The notes under the pieces: model-generated | The model's database searches: none | Told to the model about the DNA's origin: nothing | Seen by the model: the letters and a program-made list of their open reading frames with translations, nothing else | Assembly (NCBI GenBank): GCA_030753365.1 | Contig: JASMCJ010000008.1 | Coordinates: 928 to 64,927, forward strand | Length of the DNA stretch: 64,000 nucleotides | Reading direction: 5' to 3' | Source: Candidatus Woesearchaeota archaeon | GTDB taxonomy: Archaea; Nanobdellota; Nanobdellia; Woesearchaeales; GCA-2687795 | Shown: one piece after another, positions 8,597-18,076 of the stretch | Position numbering within the stretch: position 1 is the stretch's first letter | How the letters are laid out: each line of letters begins with the position of its first letter | Made by a program: the position numbers and the translations under genes

Positions 8597-9073
8597 ATGG
8601 AAAAATTGTTTGAAACTGGATGTTGTAAAAGGTTTAAGCCTGAGCCTTGGGAGGATAAGGAGGTTACATGGCATGATAAATTATTTCTTAAGGATCGTGT
8701 GATAAGCTTCTTTCATATACCATTGAATTTTGGGAAGGTTATGGTTAAGAATATGAAGTTGATTAAGAAAACGGATGCTCTTGCTCCTGTGCCTGTGCTG
8801 CTTTCTGATGAGAATTCTTTGTGGGGAGCTGATGTTTATATTGCGGTTAGTAAGGAAGTGCCTGGAGCAAGGATGGAGAGGATTTCCGGAACGTTTCTTT
8901 CCAAGGTTTTTGAAGGGCCTTACAAGGATATGGGTAAATGGATTAGTGAAATGAAGACTTATGTTAGCTCAAAGGGTAAAGAGATTAAGAAGATGTATTT
9001 CTTTTATACTACATGCCCTAAGTGCGCTAAGGCTTATGGGAAGAATTATGTGGTTATTTTAGCAAAGGCTTAG
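8597..9073 (+). CDS. Hypothetical protein with C-terminal CPKC zinc-ribbon-like motif
   Basis: 158 aa with GCC near the N-terminus and TTCPKCAKAYG at the C-terminus. No confident family assignment. Confidence 0.35.
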   Translation: MEKLFETGCCKRFKPEPWEDKEVTWHDKLFLKDRVISFFHIPLNFGKVMVKNMKLIKKTDALAPVPVLLSDENSLWGADVYIAVSKEVPGARMERISGTFLSKVFEGPYKDMGKWISEMKTYVSSKGKEIKKMYFFYTTCPKCAKAYGKNYVVILAKA

Positions 9074-9130
9074 GGAATGATTATGAAGGTTGAAGCTGAA
9101 CTTAGAAGTTTCATTTCAATATACACCTAA

Positions 9131-10042
9131 TTAGAAGTCTAACTCGTCGAAATGACCTAAATTATAGGCTTTACGGAAGGCTAAGATGACTGCCTTTATT
9201 TTAGTTTCATCATATTTAGGTCTTAACTTCTTAACTATTTTATACATAATTTCGTCTTTTTTCATAATCCTGTTTATCAGTTTCATTCTTTCAGTGATAT
9301 CTTCTCCTTTAGGTAATGATTCATCTGCCATCTCGGTAAGTGTAAGAAATATATCCTCCCCGAGTTTTCTGTATCTGCGCCTTGATTCATCTGGATGCAT
9401 TTGTTGAGCTATTTCTCTGACAAATTTCTCTTCGTCGCTTTCCAGCTCTTCTTTTACCTCTTCTTCAAGGAGAATAGCTCTTGCAATTTTCATTATGCTT
9501 GTGTGTATATGCTTATTTTCTCCAAAGAAGGATTGTTCTCTAAAAACCCTATAAAGTTCTGGTTCGCTACGAAAGATAAGTTCAAAAAGCTTAAGCAAAA
9601 GGGCTTTTGAAGGTTTTTTTCTGATCAAGTGTATTAAATGCAGTTCCGCTTTGAGAACATTAAAGATTTCGTGAAAGAGTTTTAGAAGCGTTGACTGTTT
9701 TTGTTTGACTGATAAAATTGTTTTAGATAATTTTTCAAGCTCATTCGTACTTTTTAATTGTTCCAAGTCTGCTAGAATCTCTTCATCTGTTTTTTCCTCA
9801 TTAGCAATATTAATTAACTCTGGAGAAATTAAGGATTCAAGTTCTCTCAATATTTTATCCGTAGCTTTGAAATCCTGCAAGGCATTGTCAACGTTTTTAA
9901 AATTGAAATGTTTAGATAAGTTTTCTCTTAGCTTAGAATTAGCTATGTGTTTATTCCATAAAGCCATTCGCTTATTATCATCCATGACTAACTCTTTTAC
10001 AGTGCTCTTTTTACTTCCAAAAAGATGATTTAATAAGCTCAT
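9131..10042 (-). CDS. Hypothetical alpha-helical protein
   Basis: 303 aa, Glu/Lys/Leu-rich helical composition, no recognizable catalytic motif. Confidence 0.35.
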   Translation of the reverse strand: MSLLNHLFGSKKSTVKELVMDDNKRMALWNKHIANSKLRENLSKHFNFKNVDNALQDFKATDKILRELESLISPELINIANEEKTDEEILADLEQLKSTNELEKLSKTILSVKQKQSTLLKLFHEIFNVLKAELHLIHLIRKKPSKALLLKLFELIFRSEPELYRVFREQSFFGENKHIHTSIMKIARAILLEEEVKEELESDEEKFVREIAQQMHPDESRRRYRKLGEDIFLTLTEMADESLPKGEDITERMKLINRIMKKDEIMYKIVKKLRPKYDETKIKAVILAFRKAYNLGHFDELDF

Positions 10043-10162
10043 ATGATTGAAAAGATAGTATACATTAATAAATATTTGTTTCCTATGAATACCAAAGTCT
10101 TTGGGAACTGTGGTTGGATGAAAATGATAAGATTATTAAAGTTGTGAGTTATGTTTTGAGGT

Positions 10163-10552
10163 ATGATAACCAATAAGGAGCTTATCCGGATTGCTGAGGA
10201 TGCTGCTAAGAAGCATAAGTGTTCTAAGGATGTTGAGGTTGGTGACGTAGGGTGTGCGTTGGTTACTGATAAAAATAATGTTTATGTGGGTGTGAGTATC
10301 CAGGCTTGTTGCGGCATTGGGTTTTGCGCTGAAAGTGGAGCTATTTCAAGCATGGTGACTAACAGAGAGTATAGGATTAAAAGGATTGTGGCTGTTAATG
10401 ATAAAGGGAAAGTGCTGCCGCCCTGCGGAAGATGCAGAGAGTTGATGTTTCAGATTGATGAGAAGAATTATGATGCTGAGATTGTTCTTGGAGTGAGTAA
10501 GACGGTTAAACTTAGAAGGCTGCTGCCTGATGTCTGGCAGAGGAAGGTTTGA
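10163..10552 (+). CDS. cdd: Cytidine deaminase (homotetrameric CDA type)
   Basis: Zinc-ligand motifs CAESGAI and PCGRCRE in the spacing typical of small cytidine deaminases; 129 aa. Confidence 0.75.
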   Translation: MITNKELIRIAEDAAKKHKCSKDVEVGDVGCALVTDKNNVYVGVSIQACCGIGFCAESGAISSMVTNREYRIKRIVAVNDKGKVLPPCGRCRELMFQIDEKNYDAEIVLGVSKTVKLRRLLPDVWQRKV

Positions 10553-10714
10553 GGTTAAAAGGTGTTCAATTGAGAATTATCCCTTAGGTGTACTTTTCCA
10601 AAGATATGCTCCTATACCTGCAAAAACAAGTCCAACTATTATACTGATTATTTGACTCTTAGTATCAATTAAACTTGGTAGAAGAATTGGACCAATTATA
10701 CCTACAAGAAAAAT

Positions 10715-10813
10715 AAAAAATCCCAATCGCAGCAAGCTGCGGGGTATTTTTAGTATTTAGTTTGCGTATTAAGCCGATGCAAGCATCGGGGTATAAAACC
10801 CAAACTAAATAAT
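10715..10813. repeat. 99 nt structured repeat unit (HP1-spacer-HP2), 100% identical to 31921..32018
   Basis: Sequence ATAAAAAATCCCAATCGCAG-CAAG-CTGCGGGGTATTTTTAG ... TATTTAGTTTG CGTATTAA GCCGATG-CAAG-CATCGGGGTATAAAACCC CAAACTAAATA. HP1 is followed by a T-run. HP2 is enclosed by the 11 bp inverted repeat TATTTAGTTTG/CAAACTAAATA. Confidence 0.7.
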
Positions 10814-11167
10814 CAATAAAAATAATGAATGGTTATCAGACTTTATATCACAAGATAACAAAAAAACTGATAGAGATAAAGTTATTCATTTTACTATTCT
10901 GAATCTAGGAAATTTAAATGTAAATAAAAGAGAAGGAAAAATAAGAATCATTCTAAATTTAAAAAACAAAGATCTTGTTTTAAATAAATATATGAAAAAG
11001 AAACTTGAAAATTTGAAATTGTTTCTTAATAATTCCATCAATATACTTCTTGACTCTTAATGGAAATAGGAGCTTGCGTCATATTGTCGCTCCGTTTCAC
11101 TCCGTGACTTTTCCTTGCAGAAAAAAACATATAACAACCACTTTTAAAAGGAAATCAATAGAAGAAC

Positions 11168-12583
11168 TCAAACCCCTTCCTCAACAACTCTCCTCACGAC
11201 TTCAGCATCAGCCTTCCCCTGGGTCTTGCGCATCACTTGGCCTACAATGAAATTCAGCGCTTTGGCTTCTCCGGATTTGTAGTCTTTGACTGCCTGGGGG
11301 TTTTCTTTGATTGTTTCCAAGCAGATCTTTTCTATTTCATCGGAGTCAGATAGTTTGCCAAGGTTTTGTTTCTGGATGTATTCCTTGACATCAAATGGCT
11401 TTTCTATGAGCTTTTCAAGGATCTTTTTTGCTACATTATCAGTTATCTGCTTGTTTTCAACCAATCCTAACAAGTCTATCAAATGAGTTTCATCAAGTTC
11501 TATTTCATGGAGTTCTTTTTTGTTGTAATGAAGTACTCGCATGAGTTCTCTTCTTAGCCATTTTGCAGCCAACTCAGGATTTATTTCAGCAGCTACCTTT
11601 TCAAAGAGTTCTGCAAGGATCTTTTCTTTGGCTATTACTTCTGCGTCTAGTTTGTTGATTTTGTGTTTTGAGATAAACTTTTTTACTTTTGATTGGGCTA
11701 GTTCAGGGATGTCTTGCTTTATTTCGTTTACCCAGCTTTGTTTTAGTTCAATGGGTGTTAAGTCGCTTTCTATGATGTAGCCATAGTCTTCTTCTGTTTC
11801 TTTTGTTCTTAAGGAGAAGGTTGCGCCTTTTAGAGTGTCCCAGCCTCTTGTCTCCTGTATTATTTTCCTGCCTTCACTTGTTTCCTGCTTCTGCCTTTGA
11901 ATTTCATAGTTTAGTGCTTTTTCTATTTCTTTGAAGCCTGTGACGTTTTTGATTTCAACTCTTGTATAGTTGCTTTCTTTTATAGAAACATTGATGTCAG
12001 CTTTGACAGCGCTTTTGGATGGATCGCTTATTTCTAAGTATTGGACGATTTCAATCAATTTATTCATGAATTCTCTGGCTTCTTCAGGTGAGCTCATGTC
12101 TGGCTCAGTTACTACTTCGCATAGTGGGATGCCTGCTCTGTTATAGTCTACTAGCACATAAGAGCTTTTTTGAAGGCCTGAGGGATGGATTAGGGCTCCA
12201 GGGTCTTCTTCAAGGTGGACTCTTCTTAGATTGATTTTTTTTCCAGAGGAAAGTTTAACAAATCCACCAACTCCTAAAGGTATTTCATATTGGGTTCTTT
12301 GATAGCCTGAAGGTAAATCAGGATAGAGATATTGCTTTCTGGAGAATATAATCTCAGATTGAATCTTGCTGTTTAATGCTAATGCTAGTTTTACTGAATG
12401 TTCTACTGCTTTTTTGTTGGTTACTGGCTTTGAGCCTGGCATTGCAAGGCAGACTTCGCAGGTGTGAGTGTTTGGAGAACTGTCTGGTTGAGGAAGAGAA
12501 CAACCGCAGAAGAGCTTGCTATTTAGCTTGTTTAGTGAGAGATGCACTTCAATGCCGATGATTATGTAGCTTTTAGGAGTCAT
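11168..12583 (-). CDS. gatB: Aspartyl/glutamyl-tRNA amidotransferase subunit B (GatB)
   Basis: N-terminal IGIEVHLSLN..SKLFCGCS motif, 471 aa (GatB-sized, lacks the GatE insertion), C-terminal YqeY/GatB tail. Confidence 0.85.
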   Translation of the reverse strand: MTPKSYIIIGIEVHLSLNKLNSKLFCGCSLPQPDSSPNTHTCEVCLAMPGSKPVTNKKAVEHSVKLALALNSKIQSEIIFSRKQYLYPDLPSGYQRTQYEIPLGVGGFVKLSSGKKINLRRVHLEEDPGALIHPSGLQKSSYVLVDYNRAGIPLCEVVTEPDMSSPEEAREFMNKLIEIVQYLEISDPSKSAVKADINVSIKESNYTRVEIKNVTGFKEIEKALNYEIQRQKQETSEGRKIIQETRGWDTLKGATFSLRTKETEEDYGYIIESDLTPIELKQSWVNEIKQDIPELAQSKVKKFISKHKINKLDAEVIAKEKILAELFEKVAAEINPELAAKWLRRELMRVLHYNKKELHEIELDETHLIDLLGLVENKQITDNVAKKILEKLIEKPFDVKEYIQKQNLGKLSDSDEIEKICLETIKENPQAVKDYKSGEAKALNFIVGQVMRKTQGKADAEVVRRVVEEGV

Positions 12584-12810
12584 TTTAGGTATTCTAAATT
12601 TAAAACTGTTCTTGTTATTAAAACTTTCTTTGGAATGTAGTAAAAATAAGGATTAGAATAATAATATTTATATAACTGCAATAGTATTAAACAAGACATG
12701 GTTGATAAAAAGGAAGTGGAACGGATATTTCTAAAATTAAGGAAGATATAGCTAAAGAACTTAAGAAAGGAGCTTATAAGGCTGAGGATATAAAGAAGCA
12801 GAGAGCGCCT

Positions 12811-13596
12811 GTGTCTAAGATTATTAAGAAGGCTAAGTCTGCACCAAAGAGGATGAATAGCAATTTTATTAAAACAGGGATTCATGGCCTGGATGGTTTG
12901 ATGGATAAGGGGATTCCAAAAGGGACTGCTAATCTTGTTTGCGGTGGTCCAGGCTCTGGCAAGACTATATTGGGATTGCAGACTTTAAATTATGCTGCAA
13001 GCAAGGGGCAAAAATGCATTTATATGACTTTTGAGGAGTCTGAGGATAGGTTAAGAAAGCATATGAGGGATTTTGGATGGAGCCCTGAAAAGCTTGAGAA
13101 GAAAGGTTTATTGGTTATAAAGAGATATGACCCTTTTGCTGTTACAAGACAGGTGGAAGCTTTGCTGGAGAAGGCTAAGGGAGAATTGCTTATTGATGTT
13201 AACCCAATTTTGTTTCCTAAGGGATTTAAGCCTGACAGAGTGGTTGTTGACAGCTTGTCTGCTATTTCTGCGGCGTTTGTTGGCAAGGAAGAGACTTACA
13301 GGATATATATTGAGCAGTTGTTCAGGCTGCTTGAAAATATTGGAGCTACTTCTTTTTTGATTACTGAGTCTACTGATATTCCTACTAAGCTTACAGAGTC
13401 TGGTGTTGAAGAGTTCCTGGCAGATGGTGTTATTATTGTGTATAATGTGCAGAGAGGGAATACAAGGGAGTCTGCTATTGAAATTTTGAAGCTGAGAGGA
13501 GCTTCGTTTCAGAAGAAAATTGTTGCAATGCAGATACAAGGAAAGAAAGGTATTGTTGTTTATCCTGAGCATGAAGTTTTTGGAGGAATTCAGTAA
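12811..13596 (+). CDS. KaiC-like / RadA-paralog RecA-superfamily ATPase. GTG start at 12811; an ATG at 12853 is an alternative.
   Basis: GIHGLDGLMDKGIPKG..CGGPGSGKT Walker A and a KaiC-like single-domain layout, 261 aa. Confidence 0.65.
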   Translation: MSKIIKKAKSAPKRMNSNFIKTGIHGLDGLMDKGIPKGTANLVCGGPGSGKTILGLQTLNYAASKGQKCIYMTFEESEDRLRKHMRDFGWSPEKLEKKGLLVIKRYDPFAVTRQVEALLEKAKGELLIDVNPILFPKGFKPDRVVVDSLSAISAAFVGKEETYRIYIEQLFRLLENIGATSFLITESTDIPTKLTESGVEEFLADGVIIVYNVQRGNTRESAIEILKLRGASFQKKIVAMQIQGKKGIVVYPEHEVFGGIQ

Positions 13597-13600
13597 AGCG

Positions 13601-13652
13601 GAAAATCCTAAAAATCGCTATCCCCACAGCAAGCTGTGAGGTATTGAACCCA
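13601..13652. terminator. Bidirectional terminator-like hairpin (family member) at a convergent gene junction
   Basis: AAAATCCTAAAAATCGCTATCCCCACAG-CAAG-CTGTGAGGTATTGAACCC; stem CACAG/CTGTG. Lies between the 3' ends of the KaiC-like gene (+) and a membrane protein gene (-). Confidence 0.45.
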
Positions 13653-13665
13653 AGTTGTAATAATT

Positions 13666-14268
13666 CTAGATATGGTATTCAAATCTTATAATAGGCTTTA
13701 TGTTTTTGATGTTGTACCATATTAAGAATATAATCACACTTGTCATTGTGCCTAGTACAAGGGCTGTTAAGGAGAAGTTTAGGACATAAGGCATGATTTC
13801 TTTTTTACCAGAAGCAAGAAGGAACATGGTGAAGGGTATTGAGGCTGCTGATAGGCCTGCTCCCAGTATGACTGATAAAGGTATGTTTTTGAATTCTATG
13901 GTGAACAGTAGAGAGATTAGTTCAAAGACGAGCCCTGCTGCTGTTAGTATGATGACTTTGTTCCAGCCAAGGCCGCCAAAGTTGCTTATGTCAGAAGTGG
14001 CTAAGGCTCCTAAGAAGCTGAATATTAGTATGGCCCCGGGCCTGTTGATGAGTAAGGCTATGAATGCCATGAATGCGATTGTTAGTGCTAAGGATAACAT
14101 GAAGGTTAATGTGGTGTCTGACAGGCTGATGAAGTAGGTGAGAGTGGACCATAACAAGACTAGGATGATGACCGCTAATAGGTCAATCTTCCTTAAGCGC
14201 TTGAAGTTAGGGAATAACTGCTTGCTCTTTTTAGAGGTTTCTGGCTTGGTTTCTTTTTTCTTTTTCAT
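13666..14268 (-). CDS. Polytopic membrane protein (hypothetical); last gene of the MinD-containing operon
   Basis: 200 aa, Lys-rich N-terminal tail then 5-6 TM helices. Confidence 0.4.
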   Translation of the reverse strand: MKKKKETKPETSKKSKQLFPNFKRLRKIDLLAVIILVLLWSTLTYFISLSDTTLTFMLSLALTIAFMAFIALLINRPGAILIFSFLGALATSDISNFGGLGWNKVIILTAAGLVFELISLLFTIEFKNIPLSVILGAGLSAASIPFTMFLLASGKKEIMPYVLNFSLTALVLGTMTSVIIFLIWYNIKNIKPIIRFEYHI

Positions 14269-14272
14269 GGTA

Positions 14273-15349
14273 TTAAATGAGCCTCTTTAACTTTGAAAGT
14301 TTGTGAAGCCTTGCCTGAATTACAGGCAGTTTGTGTTTTATTTGCATTAAGCCTTCTTTGTATTTGTCTACTTTGACATCATAGGTGTGTTTTGGGAGGA
14401 TGCCTTTAGAGTAATAGTCAGACTGGGCTTTTACCATTAAATCTTCCAAAACTTTTTTCTCAATGGTGGTTTCTTTCACTTTGTCTTTTAGCAGTTTGAC
14501 CATGAACCTGTTATAGAATATGAAGGTTATAATGGATAAGATTATGATTAAAGCTATGAGCCATTTGTAGTATTGTTTTATAAAACTGAAGGTGGTTTCT
14601 GTGCCTGCTTTGTAGATTGCTTTTAGTACTGTGTTTTCTGCTTTGATTTTGCTTATTAAAGGACCTATTTCTGCAAGCAATGATTCTGCTTCTTCGTATC
14701 TTTCATCTTTAAATTCGGTTTCTGCTTCTGAGAAGATGCTATAAAGAGGGGAAACGTTTAATCTTAATTCTTCTATTTCTTTTATTCTCATTTCTGAGAC
14801 TTTGAAATTGTCTCTTAGTTCGTATGCTCGGAGTTTTCTTTCGTTTATTGACTGAGTTTTTTCTAGAACGGTTTTGTAGTCCACTGGGATGCCTATCTTT
14901 TCCTGAGCTTCTGCTAGTAGAATTCTTGCTTTTTCTCTTTTCTCAGTGTTGTTTATTGTTTCTATTTGTTCTAATAGAGAAGTGTAATCTTCCCCTTTAA
15001 AGTAGCTTTTGGCTTCTATTAGGGTGTCGTTTACCCAGGTTATGCTGAAGCCTTGTTCCTGCATTTCCTGCATGTCTGACTCTGCCTGAAGAATGGCGTT
15101 GAAGGCTAGTTCCTGACTGATGTTTTCAAGAGTGAGAGTATCATAATCTATTGCAGAAGGCTTGTCTTCAAAGATTCTTAGGTCTGAGATTATGTTGCCT
15201 GTTATTGAGGCAGAAGGGATTTGTATTTGGGCTATGTTTGCTGATAAAAATGTTAGTAGAACTATACATAATGCTAATATGCTAAAGCATATTGTGTACA
15301 TTTCAGCTTCCTGTTCTATGTCCAAAGTTTTCTTTTTTCTTTTAGTCAT
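14273..15349 (-). CDS. Bitopic coiled-coil protein (N-terminal signal-anchor, long extracytoplasmic coiled-coil, C-terminal TM plus cytoplasmic tail)
   Basis: 358 aa. Hydrophobic segments at aa ~18-38 and ~268-290 with heptad-rich Glu/Lys sequence between. Its start overlaps the MinD stop. Confidence 0.45.
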   Translation of the reverse strand: MTKRKKKTLDIEQEAEMYTICFSILALCIVLLTFLSANIAQIQIPSASITGNIISDLRIFEDKPSAIDYDTLTLENISQELAFNAILQAESDMQEMQEQGFSITWVNDTLIEAKSYFKGEDYTSLLEQIETINNTEKREKARILLAEAQEKIGIPVDYKTVLEKTQSINERKLRAYELRDNFKVSEMRIKEIEELRLNVSPLYSIFSEAETEFKDERYEEAESLLAEIGPLISKIKAENTVLKAIYKAGTETTFSFIKQYYKWLIALIIILSIITFIFYNRFMVKLLKDKVKETTIEKKVLEDLMVKAQSDYYSKGILPKHTYDVKVDKYKEGLMQIKHKLPVIQARLHKLSKLKRLI

Positions 15350-16145
15350 TCTGCATTAGCATTCTGTTTACATTTTCTGTTGATATGTTTTTTTTGAATA
15401 TGTCTTTTACCTTTTGAAAGATTCTTGGGTCTTTGTAGGTTTCTCCTATTAAGCTGGCTGCTAGTTTCTTGAATTCAATGGCACTGCTTGCTTTTTGGTT
15501 GTATAAGGTGACTGGTGTTGTGTAGTAGACTGATTCAGGCACTTTTATGTCTTCTCTGAGTACGCTTAGGACTGGCACGCCTGCTGCCTTTTCTATGTCT
15601 TCTATGCTTAGCTCAAATTTCTTGTTTCTTACCCTATTGATTATCATACCGGTTATGGGTGTTCGTTTTTGTTTTGCTAGTTTTACTGCTCGCAGTGTTG
15701 TGCTTAGAGTGGGATAGTCAGGAGAGGTTACTACTAAGAGCTCGTCTGAGGCTACCATTGCGGAGAGCATTTCGTCGTTTAGGCAGGGAGAGGAGTCTAT
15801 GAGGATTATGTCATAGTAGTCTTTTAGGTAGCTGATTTTCTTTTTTAGAGCGAAGGGATTTATCTGGCGAGAGATGTAGGCGGCTGGAATGAAGTGGAAG
15901 CCTGCTTCATGCTGGTAGATGGCTTCGTTTGCGTTGACTCTGTTGAGGAGCACGTCATGGATGGTTACTTCTGGGTTGACTAGGCCTAGATGCAGGCCAA
16001 GGTTGGGGGCTGAGAAGTTGGCGTCTATTACAAGGATTTTTTTGTTGAATTCAGTGGATAGGGCTGCGCCTAGGTTTGCTACAGTGGTTGTTTTTCCTAC
16101 TCCTCCTTTTAGACTTATTATTCCTATTATTTTTCCTTTAGTCAT
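15342..16145 (-). CDS. MinD/ParA-family P-loop ATPase
   Basis: Deviant Walker A IISLKGGVGKTTTVANLG, 267 aa, ParA/MinD topology. ATGA overlap with the upstream gene. Confidence 0.85.
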   Translation of the reverse strand: MTKGKIIGIISLKGGVGKTTTVANLGAALSTEFNKKILVIDANFSAPNLGLHLGLVNPEVTIHDVLLNRVNANEAIYQHEAGFHFIPAAYISRQINPFALKKKISYLKDYYDIILIDSSPCLNDEMLSAMVASDELLVVTSPDYPTLSTTLRAVKLAKQKRTPITGMIINRVRNKKFELSIEDIEKAAGVPVLSVLREDIKVPESVYYTTPVTLYNQKASSAIEFKKLAASLIGETYKDPRIFQKVKDIFKKNISTENVNRMLMQND

Positions 16146-17833
16146 CTTCCATATACCTCCTTAAGATTGTTGATTATTGATCTTGGTTTTGGCTTGAATA
16201 TGATTTTGAAGATTTTTGGGATGGGTTCCTGTTCCTTTCTCTCAGGTTTTTGCTGTAGATTGTTTATGTTGAACTCATCTGCTAAGATGCTGAGGATTTG
16301 CCTTTTGTCCTGCACTCTTGCAAATGTTTTTGTTTGCAAGACTAAGTCATTTACTGTGAGGCTTGTAGATGGTTCTCTCAGCGAAATATGATTTCCTATA
16401 GGGAAAGAGATGATGTCTTCAGAAGTGTTAGAAAGTGTAGGTTTTTCTTGGTTACTGGAAGATACTGCTTTTTTCTTGCTTTTGTTTTTGGTTCTATTTA
16501 ACAGATTTGTTATTGGGTTATAGTCCATTTTTAAGAGTGTTATGACTGAGATTATTATGAGCAGCGCGATTTTTGATTTGTTTTTTACTGCTTTTTTCTT
16601 TTTGATTGTTTTCTGAGATTGTTTTTTCTTGCTTTTGTTATAGATTATGAAGTTAGGCAGTGCGAATTTAGACAAATGTTTCTGTTTCTTCTTTGAGGTT
16701 TTCCTTGTTTTTTCTGCTTTCAGAGTTTTATGGGCTTTTGCCTGCGGCTTTTTCTTTCCTTTTAGGTGTTCTTTTTCTTTTAGCTTGTCTAGTTTCTTTT
16801 TCTTTCCTAACCTGGTTTCCATGACTGCTATGGCACGTTCTAGTTCTATTCTTCTTAGCTTGTATTCTTCTATTTTTCTTGTGTAAGCTTTTTTTGTTAT
16901 TGACTGCTTGTTGTAGTATGCTTCCTGAAGATGTTTGATTTTTGTTATTATGACCTTGTCTTCTTTTTTGAGCCTTTCTATTTCGTTTGAGACTTTTATT
17001 ATGCCTGCCCTTTTGTCTCTTAGCTTTGCTTTTTCTTTTCTTATTTCACCTAATCTTGTTTCATAGGAGTACATTTGTTTGTGATATTCAGTGGTGGAGA
17101 TTTTCTTTTTCTTGAATGTCTTTTCCTGGAGTTCAAGCATTAGGCTGTTGATTGAGGTTTCTTCTTTGGTAAGGTCTTCAAGCTTTCTTGATATTATTGT
17201 TAATGCAAATTTCTTCTTGATTATTACTCCGGTGGCTGAGATGATTATGGCAGAGAAGATTAAGGCCCACCAGTATTGCTGGAGCAGCCAAAGAATGTTT
17301 ATTCTTCCCTTAGAGAGTAATACATGTGTCATTTGGGCTTCTTTTGCACGTTGGATGGCTGCTTCATAGTCTTCTCTTTCGAATGCAGCGATTGCAAGAT
17401 TTAAGAGGTTTCTTGCTTCATCTATGTTAATGCCTCTGGATTCGGTTTCTGCCAAATTTCTTCTGAGAGCTTTTATGAGTTCGTCTGCTGTGAGAGCGTT
17501 TTTCCAGAGTGCGGTTATCTTTTCGCTTAACTCTTTGGATAGTTTGTAGTCTTTTTCTTCAAAGGCTTTTTTTGCCTGTCTTAGAAGACTTTCTATTTTT
17601 TCTGAAGGGATTCCTGCGTCTTTTATTTCAGTGTAGTGCTCTTCTGCAAGGGTTAACTGGTCTGCTGAGAGCTTTTCACTGACTTCATAGATGGAGAGAG
17701 TGATGAATCTTGTTTCTACCATGTCTTTTTCTGTGCGTGATGTTACTGTTACATTGTTGGAGAGAGTTTCCTTTTTTATGCCAATTAGCTTGCTTGCTTT
17801 GTTGTTGAATAACCTCATCTTTTTAGCTCCCAT
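16142..17833 (-). CDS. Large Lys-rich coiled-coil protein with two TM segments. Likely start is the internal Met at 17818, giving an ATGA overlap with the upstream wHTH gene.
   Basis: 563 aa. TM segments ILWLLQQYWWALIFSAIIISATGVII and IALLIIISVITLL, with long heptad-like K/E-rich stretches and poly-Lys tracts. Confidence 0.45.
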   Translation of the reverse strand: MGAKKMRLFNNKASKLIGIKKETLSNNVTVTSRTEKDMVETRFITLSIYEVSEKLSADQLTLAEEHYTEIKDAGIPSEKIESLLRQAKKAFEEKDYKLSKELSEKITALWKNALTADELIKALRRNLAETESRGINIDEARNLLNLAIAAFEREDYEAAIQRAKEAQMTHVLLSKGRINILWLLQQYWWALIFSAIIISATGVIIKKKFALTIISRKLEDLTKEETSINSLMLELQEKTFKKKKISTTEYHKQMYSYETRLGEIRKEKAKLRDKRAGIIKVSNEIERLKKEDKVIITKIKHLQEAYYNKQSITKKAYTRKIEEYKLRRIELERAIAVMETRLGKKKKLDKLKEKEHLKGKKKPQAKAHKTLKAEKTRKTSKKKQKHLSKFALPNFIIYNKSKKKQSQKTIKKKKAVKNKSKIALLIIISVITLLKMDYNPITNLLNRTKNKSKKKAVSSSNQEKPTLSNTSEDIISFPIGNHISLREPSTSLTVNDLVLQTKTFARVQDKRQILSILADEFNINNLQQKPERKEQEPIPKIFKIIFKPKPRSIINNLKEVYGR

Positions 17834-18030
17834 ACGTTGATATTGCTGATTTTGTAGCCGTCTATCTTACCGGCTAATTGAAGTTTGAGACAGTGAGTTT
17901 GAACAGAATGCCAGGCTCGGCCTATTTTCTGGCAGAGAACCCTTGTAGAAACTGGCCTGTTAGATGCATTTAGAACCTTGAGAATATCTCGATCTATCTT
18001 TTCAGCCCTTCTTTTTACGATAGTACCCAT
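17815..18030 (-). CDS. Small winged-helix DNA-binding protein (first gene of the MinD operon)
   Basis: 71 aa. RDILKVLNASNRPVSTRVLCQKIGRAWHSVQTHCLKLQLAGKI has an HTH/wHTH-like pattern. Confidence 0.5.
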   Translation of the reverse strand: MGTIVKRRAEKIDRDILKVLNASNRPVSTRVLCQKIGRAWHSVQTHCLKLQLAGKIDGYKISNINVWELKR

Positions 18031-18054
18031 AATTGTAGATAAATATGGGCTGAG

Positions 18055-18076
18055 CGTATATAAAGCTTTATAACTA
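18055..18076 (-). promoter_or_regulatory. Candidate archaeal TATA/BRE promoter for the wHTH-MinD operon (palindromic TATATAAAGCTTTATA)
   Basis: AT-rich TATA-like box about 30-40 nt upstream of the start codon at 18030 on the minus strand; short or absent leader. Confidence 0.4.

Noticed and set aside
10577-10735. ~53 aa hydrophobic ORF on the minus strand (..GFFIFLVGIIGPILLPSLIDTKSQIISIIVGLVFAGIGAYLWKSTPKG) between cdd and the 99 nt repeat
   Set aside because: There is no ATG or GTG start; only an in-frame TTG inside the repeat hairpin. There is no ribosome-binding site. It could be a real mini membrane protein, but the support is too weak to list as a feature.
11168-12583. Calling this gene gatE (partner of gatD at 61820)
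   Set aside because: At 471 aa it lacks the ~150 aa insertion domain of GatE and has the GatB C-terminal tail. It is called GatB; a GatE gene is presumably outside the window.
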